DNA of 64,000 nt, taken from Octopus sinensis (taxonomy: Eukaryota). This document shows positions 1 through 12,847 of the stretch, one piece after another. A program made the position numbers and the translations under genes. The stretch's first letter is position 1, and each line of letters starts with the position of its first letter. The notes beneath the pieces are model-generated. The model was not told where the DNA came from, searched no databases, and was given only the letters and a program-made list of their open reading frames with translations. Where the stretch lies: NCBI RefSeq assembly GCF_006345805.1, contig NC_043024.1, positions 5,890,001 through 5,954,000 on the forward strand, written 5' to 3'.

Positions 1-714
1 CTCCATTTTCTTATCTTGTACATATATATATATATACATACATCCACACACACAAATACACAAAAAGAAGATGGGGGGGAAAAAGAAGTAACAATGTATC
101 TGCTACAAACTATAAACTTATCTTTTACCCTTTCACTTCATTCAGCCATAAGTCTATGGCCATGCTGGGGCACCACCTTGAGAAATTTTTAATTGAATGA
201 ACTGACCTCAGTACTTTTATGTTTTTAACCCTCGGTCACTTTTGCTAAAATGCAAAGTTATGGGGACATGAACGCAGCAACACTGGTTGTCAAGCAGTGG
301 TGGGGGAGAAACACGGACACAAACACACACACACGCATATATATATATATATATTATATATATATATATATATACACACACATGAGGGGCTTCTTTTAGT
401 TTCCATCTATCAAACTCACTCACATGGCTTTGATTGACCTGAGGCTAATATAGAAAACACTTGCCAGTCCTCAGTCAAACCATCCAACCCATGCTAGCAT
501 GGAAAGTGGATGTTAAACAATGATGATGATGATATATATATATATAAACTTACTTGGAAATGGATGTGTGGCGTTCAATCATATAATAATATAAATAAAA
601 CATATACATATATATGCATATATACATACATTTGTATATGCACATATGGGTACAGGACGTCACAAAACGTAAACAACATGAAATACGAAGACAAACTTGG
701 GTACGCAAAGAATG

Positions 715-905
715 AGAGAAACAAATGGAAAACAAGACAAGTAACATAAAGAGCGACCCTTCATCAGTTGTCGGCTGTCCGTCCGTCTACTCCTTATTTC
801 GAGCATTTACTCATTAAATGCTCAAAATGAGGAGTAGATGGACAGCCGACAACTGATGAAGGGTCGCTCTTTATGTTACTTGTCTTGTTTTCCATTTGTT
901 TCTCT
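715..905. mobile_element. Penelope-like inverted-repeat remnant (near-complete hairpin)
   Basis: Arms agagaaacaaatggaaaac...ctactcct and its reverse complement; CTGATGA in both arms; related body also at about 51690-51900. Confidence 0.55.
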
Positions 906-1117
906 GGTTAACTTTACCCTTCTTCCTTTTTTTTTCCAAATGTGGGGTGGAGGGAGTAGGACATAAAATAAAATGGGAATTATAATAAGCAAGTACCAGG
1001 AAAGGGGGTCAGTGATGTCGGCTAACCTCCCCCCACCAACACGTCCCTTTATAAGTAAGCATTGCCTGCATCCCTAAATTGGGAGCCATACATGAAGGGT
1101 AGATCTTGTTTACTCAC

Positions 1118-1219
1118 CTTGTTTCTTCTTAACATCAATCCTATCTGTATCGTAATCCGAGATGATTAAATAATGGACGTAACATTCGTCTAACTCCACT
1201 GTACACTTCTTTTTTGTGT
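1118..1219 (-). CDS. ITGB: Integrin beta exon, beta-tail end ([34 protein letters not shown])
   Basis: tttcag/gtgagt; 102 nt; C......C pair of the beta-tail. Confidence 0.9.
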
Positions 1220-4200
1220 CTGAAATTAAGAAACATTGATAATTAATCATCATCATAACAATAACAACAGCCAGCATCATCATTTTTGGTTAATGTCCTC
1301 ATTCTATACTGACCAGGGCCAGTCCTAGAGTTACTGGTGTCCTGGCCAAGCTAATCTTCAGCATGCACAAGTTTATGATTGTGAAAATCTCCTTGCCCTT
1401 ATTCACGTCCTCCTTTTCCTCACCTACCACATGGCACCCTGGGTGACTGCCCAAGTTGCCAGGACCTTGAGCTGGCCCTGATACTGATGTGTTGGGTGAT
1501 TTGACAGGATCTGATGGATCTTAAGGCCTACCTTGAGCTCCTGTGTCTACTTTGACATGCTTTCTATGGCTGGATGTCCTTGCTAACACCAACCACATTA
1601 CAGCATGTACTGGGTGCTTTTCCCATGCCACCAACATTAGTGAGGTCATCACACAGTATGCTGGACTATGAACCCCGAGGAGGGTAACTTTATGCTCAGA
1701 AATGAGGGCCTCATCTTCATCAAATTTAATGTCTGTTTTCCATGCTGGCATGGGTTGGACAGCTTAACCCTTTTGTTACCGTATTTATTTTGAGATACTC
1801 TGTGTTTCTTTCAATTAATTCTAAATACAACAAAGAATTTAGTAAAATAACTTAGTTATAATTAAGCTAGGGTTGAGAACATAAATCATGACTAAAGTTT
1901 GGTGGAAGATTTTTATTGAAAACTTATGAAAACAAAACATTTGTACCAGAGGCGGTTTCAGCCGGGTTGGTATTGAAAGGGTTAATAGGAACTGACAAGG
2001 CCAGGGGCTGCACCAGGTTCCATTGTCTGTTTTGGCATGGCACCTATGGCAGGATGCCCTTCCTGACACCAACCATTTTACAAAGTGTATACTGGGTGCT
2101 TTTTATGTGGCACTTTGCTTTTAGGATCTTGTTTCTGTCGTTGTGAGTAGATCTTCTCAAGTACAAACAATGCACCACATATCTTGGTCCTCTGTCATCT
2201 CCTTCAAGAGGCGCAGGGGCCAGTGCAGGGGAGCTACAAGACAATGTGCATATCAGAAGAGAAAGTGGGAGTGATCGGGTGGCATTCGAAAACGATGAGG
2301 TGGGGGAGAGGAGATGACTGACGGTGCTGAACAGCAGAACCATAACAATATAACAGTAGACAGGAGAAAGATGTGGGAGAAAGAGAGAGGGGGGGAGAAG
2401 TGGGGATGATGTAGGGAATCTTGCAGGGGTGGATGAGGAAAAGAGAGGCAGTTGTAAGTATGAATACCCTTGCTCAACCACTCAATCACTGGATGGTACA
2501 GGGAGTGGAAATGAGATGAGAATTTGAGCGAGAAGCAAGACGGTCACTTACCATTATTGGCGGCATCCAATGTGTCCACCATTGTAACCAGTTTGTAATC
2601 ACAGATCTTGAAACAGTCTGTTGAGTTAACACCATTATTGTTAAGTACACACTTGACGCATTCCTTGTAGATACTGCACTTGCTGAGACAAGCCTAGAAA
2701 GAGAGAGTGAGAGGTTGAAAGAGGGTAGGGTATTAGAATAGCCTTCATCTGCTGTGAAGCTATCTTCACACTTTTTTTTTTTTTGTACCATAAGAAGAAT
2801 ATTTTCTCCAGGGTAACTTTTAGCAGTTGAAATATATCGAGTGGGTGCTGAAAAGGTCCTGGTTTTGGATAAAAGAAAACACAGGAGGATCAGTTCATTA
2901 TGGTTTTATTCAATTTTTTCCTCTCTCGGATTCACACATTTATTGCAGAGGTCTTTCCATATTTCTAAGCCCTGTAAAAGAACTTGGAAAGTTGGGCCTC
3001 TTACCAGGCCTTTTGTGACACCCTTAAAGCCAGGAACTATTCAGCACCCCCTTGTGTGTGTATATGTGTGTATATAATATATATATATATATATATATAC
3101 CAGAGTAAACACACAGATGTGAAACAAGGTGGAAAAAAGAGTACTCAAATACCAGGGGTAGAGTAATATGCTTTATTTAAAGCAGCAGAAAATTCAACAA
3201 AACCTGTTACTCTGAGTTTCCTGTTGCCGTTCATCGGACTGTCCAATGAATGGCAACGGGAAACTCAGAGTAACAGGTTTTGTTGAATTTTCTGCTGCTT
3301 TAAATAAAGTATATATCATCATCATCATCATCATCATCCTAGTCAAGTGTTGCACTATGCGATGCTGTGGTCATCACGATGTCTTGTCACCTTCTCCTGT
3401 CCTCTACCCCAGGGACAGCTGAGAATAAAGACAATCCTGTAACTGCGATGTCTTTCAGCCAAGAAGTGGGTGGTCTGCCTCTTTTACATCTGCCGGTCAC
3501 TTTGCCAGTTATGATCGTTCACTGAAGTCCATCTCAGCGCATGAAGTGGCCAAAGAACTGTAGCTTCCGCTTCGTGATGTTTCGCCGAAGCATCATCTTG
3601 CAACCGAGCTTTTCTAGTACCCAGTTGTTCGTCCTTCTCTCCATCCATGACACTCTAAGGATTCTGCGGTAACACCACATTTCAAAAGCACTCACTCTTT
3701 TCTCGTCTGCCTTCAATATTGTCCACGACTCGCAGCCGTACGTCGCAATAGAGAAAGCAGCAGCCCGAAAAGTAGCCTTATCTTCAGCAGCACTGACACG
3801 CCATGACTCTTCCAGATGTTCTCCATATCCTGTACCGTTTGCCTCGCTATCACGAGCCTTCTCCATATCTCTGGTGTACTTGATCCACTGGTGCTGATTG
3901 TGGATCCCAAGTACACAAAAATCATCCACTTCCTGAATCATCTCTCCGTCCTCGGTGAAGTCACCTTGGTCTGTCTGGTACTTATCTCCCACCAAGGTCT
4001 TTGTCTTCTTTACATTCAGGAATAGGTCACTGTGTGCACTCATGTCTTTCACTTTGCGTATCATCTGCAGCAATTCATCCTTGCTGTTACTTATGAGGGT
4101 TGTGTCATTGGCGTATCTCAGATTGCGCAGCCTTTCTCCACCAATATGCACACCACCGTCGTAGTGCTCCTTCACCACTCTTATGATGTTTTCTGCATAG

Positions 4201-5110
4201 ATGTTGTACAGATATGGAGACAGAACACATCCCTGTCGGACACCCCACTCAATGCTGAACCACTCAGTGTTACTGACGGACGTCCTAACAGATGACTATT
4301 GATCTTTATATAGTCGCCCAACAGTGCGACTAAGTGTTCAGGAAATCCCATGTCCTTAATGATGTCCCACAGCTTGCTGTGTCTCACCCAGTCGAAGGCC
4401 TTAGAGTAGTCGATGAAACACATGTAAAATGGGATGTTACATTCCTAAAACTTCTCGATCATCACCCTGATGTTGACTATCTGTTCCCGTGTTCCTCTTC
4501 CCTTGACGAAGCCGGCTTGTTCCTCAGCGATGAAACTGCTATATTTCCGCTGCAGTCTACCTACAATGATTCACAGTAGGATCTTGCTTGCATAGACAAT
4601 AAAGCCGATGGTTCGGTGGTTAGAGCACTCGTGTGGGTTGCCTTTCTTTGGTATTGGTACGAAGACTGCACGACACCAGTCGATCGGCCACTCCATGTTG
4701 TTCCAGATCTTGACATACAGTCTCCACAATTCTATCCCAATATCTCCTGTCGCCTTCCATACCTCAATGGGAAGTTCATCCATGCAAGGGCTCTTCCCGT
4801 TCTTGGTATGGTACAGCACATGCCTCACTTCTTTGAATGGTTCCGGTTCTCTGTCTTTGGCTACAGCAAGTGCAGCAGGGAGATCTTCCTGCCTCCTTCT
4901 GTACAAATCGGTGCTGTATTCCCTCCACCTAGCTTTGATGTCCTCTTCCTCTGTCAGGATGTTACCTTCTTTATCCTTGATGACATCACTACATGGAGTC
5001 CACTTCCTCTTTCTACTCAATTCCTTCACCAAACAAAAACAGACTTGATGTCACCTTTCTGTGACGCATCTTCCTCCTCCAGATATATCTGGTCCAGATG
5101 CTTCCTCTTG

Positions 5111-5151
<41 letters not shown>

Positions 5152-5623
5152 CACACACTCACACACAAGAAGGTGTTGATAACTTCCTGGCTTTAGGTAA
5201 AAGAAAATACAGGAGGAACACTTATTGCAGTGCTCCTTCAGTTTTTCTAAGCCCAATAAAAGAACTTGGAAGTTTGGGCCTCCAGCCAAGCCTTTCGCAA
5301 TACCCTTAAAGCCAGGAACTTTTCAACACCCTTTAATATATATAGGACTAAGCACATAAATGTAAAACAAGGATGGAAAAATTAGTACTCGACTACTGAA
5401 GGTAGAGCAGTATGTTTTTATTACTCTTCTCAGCATCCCCTTGTATTTCTTATTTTGACCATTTTCCTTTTCTAGAAATAATTCCAAGAGTTCTACTTAC
5501 TGGACAATCTTCACACAGTTTGCCTGTGTAGTTAGAGTTCTCTTCACACTTGCAGACACCACATTTACAGGTGCCGTGGCCATTGCAGATTTTCTGTGGG
5601 AGGAAATAAAAAAGAAACATATT

Positions 5624-5671
<48 letters not shown>

Positions 5672-7089
5672 AGAGAAAGAGACAGGGAGAGCTGAATGCA
5701 TGAATATATATATATATATATATATATATTTTTTTTAATTGGTCCATCTATCCATCCATGTCAGTCAACTTGGTTGGACCAATATAATTCTTGCACATAA
5801 AACATCCTAATCAAAGGATGAGGCACACACACACATCTTTAGAACACACTTGCATACACACATACACATCTATACATATTAAAACACATACATTTGCACG
5901 TGCATACATACACACACATCTATATAGAAATATATAGATTTCTATGAGTCGCCATGATAGATCGTTAGCCACTACACACATTTTTTCTCTCCTTGTTTTT
6001 TCTGTGTCCCTTTCTGTAGAAGTGCGTAGGCTCGAAACGTAAAAGACTTTTTCTATTCCTGAGCACTATACTAATACATCTATTTGTTTTGTACACCACC
6101 TGTCTTCGTCTTTTGTTTTTTCGTAAACTCTCCCTATATAGAAATATACATTTTCACACATACGCGTTTTATATATACATATATATATGTGTGTGTGTGT
6201 GTGAAAAGGTTGACTTATATTTTGTCCTTTAATTTGGAGCATTCCAAAAAACAATTTCTAATGTAGATTCTTCATACTTTGCTGGTAGCTTACTGATGTA
6301 AGCTTGCAAATATTGAAATAATACTTGTATATGGTGTGTTGTGAGAATTTATGGAAAGGAATCCCATAAAACTCAACAAATTTCTTAAAAATGGAGAAGA
6401 GAAAATGTTAAAATGTAAGAGAATTTTAATTTATACATACGATCATTTCAAACAGCGATATTAAAACATGCAAGTTCATCGTTGAATGTTTGCATGTTTT
6501 AATAACATTGTTTGAAACGATCGTATGCATTAATTAAAATTCTCTTAAATTTTAACATTTTCTCTTCTCCATTTTTAAGAAATTTGTTTAGTTTTATGAG
6601 ATACCTTTTCCGTGTTTATTTATGTATTTATACTCATGTAAAAGTATATATACTCTGCTTATGTATGTATATATGTGGGTGTATATGGATATTTGTTCAT
6701 ATTTTTATATATATTAAATTGTACATGTATCCTGTTTCATGTATTAATATTTTTAAAGTTCTTTATAATCTCTGACAAGGCCTATGGTTATATAAAAGTA
6801 CCCTATTTTTAAATGCTTACAACCTCAATATAATTGACAACTATAGGCACTGAAAAAAAAACTACTTTTATCCATTGGCTGAAACAGCTGTAAGGAGTGA
6901 TTTTAATGATTTCAATAATTTATATTATGATTTTTATAATTTTATTCTTATCTTATATGTATTGAATTATAATGTATATATGTATGCTATTAAGATTCTC
7001 ATTTTTGTTAAATGAATAAATAAGTCAACATTCTAATATCCAAAAGATGATGAACAAACTAAATTGTTTCTCCATTTTATTATTTGTAT

Positions 7090-7122
<33 letters not shown>

Positions 7123-8497
7123 GCTTACATATACAACAAGGGACAAGGGTAAAAACAACAATAGCAACAAGATTAGAAAGTTCCAGAGACAAGAAAAGGA
7201 AAAAAAAGAAACAAGAATACTTACTTTGTTTTTACTCAAACATGTTGCAGTACTTTTCACACATCCACAATTCATTCCAGTGTATTCAGGTTTGCACTCA
7301 CAGACTCCACATTTACAAGAGCCATGAGAGGGACCTAGAGATGAGTCACAAAAGACAAAAAATATGTAGAGATATGTATGTATATGTGTATACATAAGTG
7401 CACACACACACGCACACATTTAGTATTCAGATTATTCTCTCAAAGGTAACACTTTTTCATTTAAACTGTTTTTAATTAATGCTGCATTATTTTGTAGCTT
7501 TTAAATTTTGATGATGTGACTGTATATTTTATAATGGCATTGAAGGGTAGGTATGATAGGTTTGATCTGGATGGTTAGAACATAAAACAGGAAGCATATT
7601 TGGGCCAGATATGGCCAGTTTAAATGCTAAAGGGTTAAGCATGTCTCAGGTTGCCTCCCTTTGACATTTTCCATTGATAATAGCTCAGAGGTAAGAAACA
7701 TTGATGTCTGAGAATCCAACCGGTGGTAGCACTGAACAGATGTATTTTTACACTTTTTTTTTGTACCATAAAAAGAATATTTTCTTCAGGGTAACTTTTA
7801 GCAGTTGAAATAGGTCAAAAACGTATTTTAACTAAGCTGTTGTTTACTTATGCCTAAACACTGCTTGGCACTGATATTACAGCGATTTTCACAACCATGA
7901 TGGTCTACTGGAGTAAACCAGTCAATTTTGTTGACTATTTTTCTTAAAGCCACAGCTTTGATTAGGTCTGTCCAGAGTTTCCTCCCTTCAATATTTCCCA
8001 TTGATAATAACTAAGCTAGAAACATCAATGTCTGGGAATCTGACATTGGTGGCAGCATGGGACAGATATGGTGCTTTTACACATTTTTTTTTTACCATAA
8101 GAGGGAGTATTTTTTCTCCACCATAACTGCAGTGAATTTGCCTTCAGTAGACGGAAGATGTTACAAACATATCTTAACAAACCTAAACACTGCTTGGTAC
8201 AGATAATATTGTAATATATTCATTTATTATCCTTAAACAAGAATGTTATGGGCAGGGATTTTGATGGCTTTGCTGGGTGAAACTTCGAAATCACTGTCAA
8301 AGACATTTTTGTTTAAGACTCTACAAAAGTATAGAGTGGCTGTGTGGTAAGTAGCTTGCTAACCAACCACATGGTTCCGGGTTCAGTCCCACTGCGTGGC
8401 ACCTTGGGCAAGTGTCTTCTACTATAGCCCCGGGCCGACCAATGCCTTGTGAGTGGATTTGCTAGACGGAAACTGAAAGAAGCCCATTGTATATATG

Positions 8498-8530
<33 letters not shown>

Positions 8531-11320
8531 ATGTGTTTGTCCCCTCCAACATCGCTTGACAACCGATGCTGGTGTGTTTACGTCCCCGTCACTTAGCGGT
8601 TCGGCAAAAGAGACCGATAGAATAAGTACTGGACTTACAAAGACTAAGTCCCGGTGTCGATTTGCTCGACTAAAGGCAGTGCTCCAGCATGGCCATAGTC
8701 AAATGACTGAAACAAGTAAAAGAGTAACCCATTAGATTAATGTAAAATTTGTGAGGGATTTGAGAAAGGAAAAGGCTAAGGGAATCAACCTTGACTGCAA
8801 ATCAAGAAGTGGAGCCCCTTGCGATGGTGGTGGTGGGGCCCAGTACCATCTTTGATACCTTCTGGCAACTCCAGGGTAGGTGGGGCTCCCAGCTCTGTAA
8901 AGCAATTCACCATGGAGAAGGCCTCTCTAATGGAAAAACCTTCAGCTTACTGGTCACTGCAACCGTCCTGGCTGACTGAGCCTCTGCGGTTGTGTAGGCT
9001 GATTCCCACTTTAAAATGAAGAACGGGAAAGGAGAAAAACCCTGCCGCGTCAGAGATTGGGTTACATAACCACTTGAGGGCACATGCCACACTTCCTTAT
9101 GATCTTTGGACATGAGAAAAAACTGCCATCAGTAGTAGAAATAGTAGCATCATCATCATCATCAGTAGTAATGGTGATCGTCACAGTACTAGTAGTAGCG
9201 GTTGTAGTAGTGGTGGTGATGATGGTAATAGTGGTGGTAGCAGTAGTAGTGGTGGTGATGGTAGTAGTGGTGATGGTGATGAAGGTGGTAGTGATTGTAA
9301 TAGTAGTAGTAGTGGTGGTGGTGGTAGTGATGGTAGTGGTGGTGGTGAGAGTAGTAGTAGCAGTATTGGTGGTGGTGATGGTAGTGGTGGTGGCAGCAGT
9401 GACAGTAGTAGTGGTAGTAGTGATGGTGGTAGTAGTAGTGGAAGTAGTAGTAGTGGTGGCGGCGGTAGTAGTTGAAGTAGTAGTAGTAGTGGTGGTGGTG
9501 GTAGTAGTGGCAGCAGTGGTTGTAGTAGTGGTTGTAATAGCAACTTACCTCCACACAACAAGTTGTTGTAGTTTGGGCAGGAGTAGTCGTCACACTCGCA
9601 GAAGCGACCACTGTAGTGGTAGTTCGGGTTGGATGGCATCTCTTGACATATGCAGCTTCCGCAGTTGCACTCACCCCGCTGGCTGCACAGTGCACTGTTG
9701 TTGTCTCTGCAAGAAAGAAATTGACAGGCTGTCTAGTTTTGACGGGAACGACAAGTGATGTCAATGACATTTAGTATTGTTGTGGAGAGTGCAGGTGTTG
9801 GTAGTGGTGGACATGGCTGGAGAGGAGTGTCAGGGAGGGAGAGGAATGTCAGGGAGAGAGAGGGTGTAGTCAGAGAGAAAAAGAGTGACAGAGAGGATGA
9901 ATGAAGAGAGAGAAAGAGAAAGGATTTGTGCATAGCAGAGTCAGAGGGAGGATAGAGAGAGAATGACAGAAAAGAGCACAATAGAGAGGGTAAAAGAGAA
10001 AGGCAAAGTGAAGGACAGAGAGGGAAAAGAATGAGAGAGAAAGAGGAAGGAAAAAATGAGAAAGAACATGATGGGTGGGGGGAGAGAAAGAAAGAGACAA
10101 ACAGTCAAACTGACAGAAAGAGAGAGAAAGGTAGAAGGAAGAGACAAATAGATTGAGAAAGGTATGAGGAAGATAAGCAAGAAGGGGGGGAGGGAGGTAA
10201 ACATAGATAAGAAGACAGACAGATATTCAGATAGAGACAGGCAAGCAGAGAGACAGACAAATAGAGATAGATATACAGATAGACAGACAAAGATAGACAG
10301 GTAGACAAAGATAGACAAGTAGACAGATAGGCAAACAGACACAAACAGACAGACAGATTGAAAGAGATAGACAGATAGACAGCTAGAGATAGACAGACAG
10401 ATAGAGTTAGATAGACAGACAGATAGAGATAGATAGACAGACAGATAGAGATAGATAGATAGACAGATAGAGATAGATAGATAGACAGATAGAGATAGAC
10501 AGATAGACAGATAGAGATAGACAGATAGACAGATAGAGATAGACAGATAGAGATAGACAGATAAAGATAGATAGAGATAGACAGATAGAGATAGATAGAT
10601 AGACAGATAGAGATAGATAGATAGACAGATAGAGATAGATAGATAGATATAGACAGATAAAGATAGATAGAGATAGATAGATAGACAGATAGAGATAGAT
10701 ATATAGACAGATAGAGATAGACAGATAGAGATAGACAGATAGAGATAGACAGATAAAGATAGATAGAGATAGACAGATAGACAGATAGAGATAGATAGAT
10801 AGACAGATAGAGATAGACAGATAGAGATAGACAGATAGAGATAGACAGATAGAGATAGACAGATAGACAGATAGAGATAGACAGATAGACAGATAGAGAT
10901 AGACAGATAGAGATAGACAGATAAAGATAGATAGAGATAGACAGATAGAGATAGACAGATAGACAGATAGAGATAGACAGATAGACAGATAGAGATAGAC
11001 AGATAGAGATAGACAGATAAAGATAGATAGAGATAGACAGATAGAGATAGACAGATAGACAGATAGAGATAGACAGATAGAGATAGAGAGAGATAGACAG
11101 ATAGAGATAGATAGATAGACAGATAGAGATAGATAGATAGACAGAGATAGACAGATAGAGATAGATAGATAGATAGATAGATAAATAGATAGACAGACAG
11201 ACAGACAGATAAATATAGGCAAGCAGGCAGGCAGGTAGGCAGGCAGGCAGGCGGGCAGGCGGGCAGGTGGGCAGGCAGGCAGGCAGGTAGGTAGGTAGAT
11301 AGATAGATAGATAGATCGAT

Positions 11321-11351
<31 letters not shown>

Positions 11352-11352
11352 C

Positions 11353-11387
<35 letters not shown>

Positions 11388-12771
11388 TAGATACATAGAT
11401 AGATAGATAGATAGATAGATAGAGCTAGACAGACAGATAGAGATAGATAGATAGACAGGTAGAAATAGACAGAGAGATACAAACAGGCAGACAAATAGAG
11501 ACAGGTAGCTAGGCAGATAGATTAAGAGACAGACAGAGAAAGAGAGAGAGAGAGAGGCTGTGAGTGATATTCCATACTTACGGACGACATCTGTTAATGA
11601 GATCATTTTCAAAGTCTTGAATGGAGCAAGAACAGTTCTGACCACTTCGGTTTGGCTCACAAGAACACTGACCGCAGGTCAAATTGCCAGCAGAACTACA
11701 GAGTGGACTTTTTGTCTCCTGCAGTAATTAAAGTAGACAGGTTAATTAGATTTATAGATTTGATTGTGAGCAATAAGACAGAGTGAAGTATTTAGGATAA
11801 GGAGAGTGAAGAGTCTTGTTGAAGAGACGTGGGAGTAGTTCAATATAGGATATTGATATTACACTTATGTACATGTGTGTGTGTATATATATATATCTGA
11901 ATGTATAGATTGATAGATAGATGGAGAGAGAGAGAGAGAGAGCAAGAGGAAGAATATGAAAGAGAGCAAGTGAGTATACAAATGTCCAAGAGGTGGAGAA
12001 TAGAGAGAGACACAGATATATAATGATAGGCAGACAAACAGACAAAACATTAAACAGATGTGTGTATATGTGTATATATAGAGAGAGAGAGAGAGAGAGG
12101 AAGATAGACAAAAAGTCAGCGAGTTAAACATATATATATAAAATAGAAATATGTTACAAAAAGAAAATAGAAACTACACGTGGAAATGTAAGGGGAAAGT
12201 AAGAAGAAAAATAAGCGAAAATGCACATTGGAAATCAAAAAGATAAAGGCTTTTTATGAAAAGTAACGATAAATATATACAACTAGCAGTATCGCCCGGC
12301 GTTGCTCGGGTTTGTAAGGGAAATAACTATAAAGCATTTTTAGAGAGTTATAGCCAAAAAATAGCAAAAAAATGGGAAAAAAAAAATTATGGTAAATTTT
12401 TTTGATAGTTAAAAAGGTCGAGTTGCGTCCCCTAGACCATCTGTGGTTTGTGTTTCTGATTGTCGACCCCATGTCGAATTTATCAATCTTTTTCGGAACT
12501 GGGGGAACTTTTCAAAATTTTCGCTGTGTTAGTTTTGAATTATGACATTGGGCTATGTGTGTGTCAAGTTTCATCAGAATCGGTTGAAAGCCGTGGTCAG
12601 GGTGAGGGTACAACCAAACAGACACACAGAAACACGCACAGACAAACTGCCGTTTATATAGAGAGAGATTAGATGAACTGAGGTAGGAATAAAAGTAATA
12701 AAAGTCATTATTGTGAATTGTTAAAGAGATTCAAAAGCATACCGGTTTCATGAATTTACTAATCATTGCTT

Positions 12772-12847
<76 letters not shown>

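Noticed and set aside
715-905. Complete hammerhead in the first inverted repeat
   Set aside because: CUGAUGA and GAAA are present but not in an order or pairing that gives a full core.
4608-5179. + strand ORFs of 146 and 187 aa
   Set aside because: Antisense shadows of the RTE ORF.
9084-11660. Long Val-, Pro/Leu-, His/Tyr- and Ser/Leu-rich ORFs
   Set aside because: Translations of microsatellites; only the embedded exons 9549-9706 and 11582-11718 are real.
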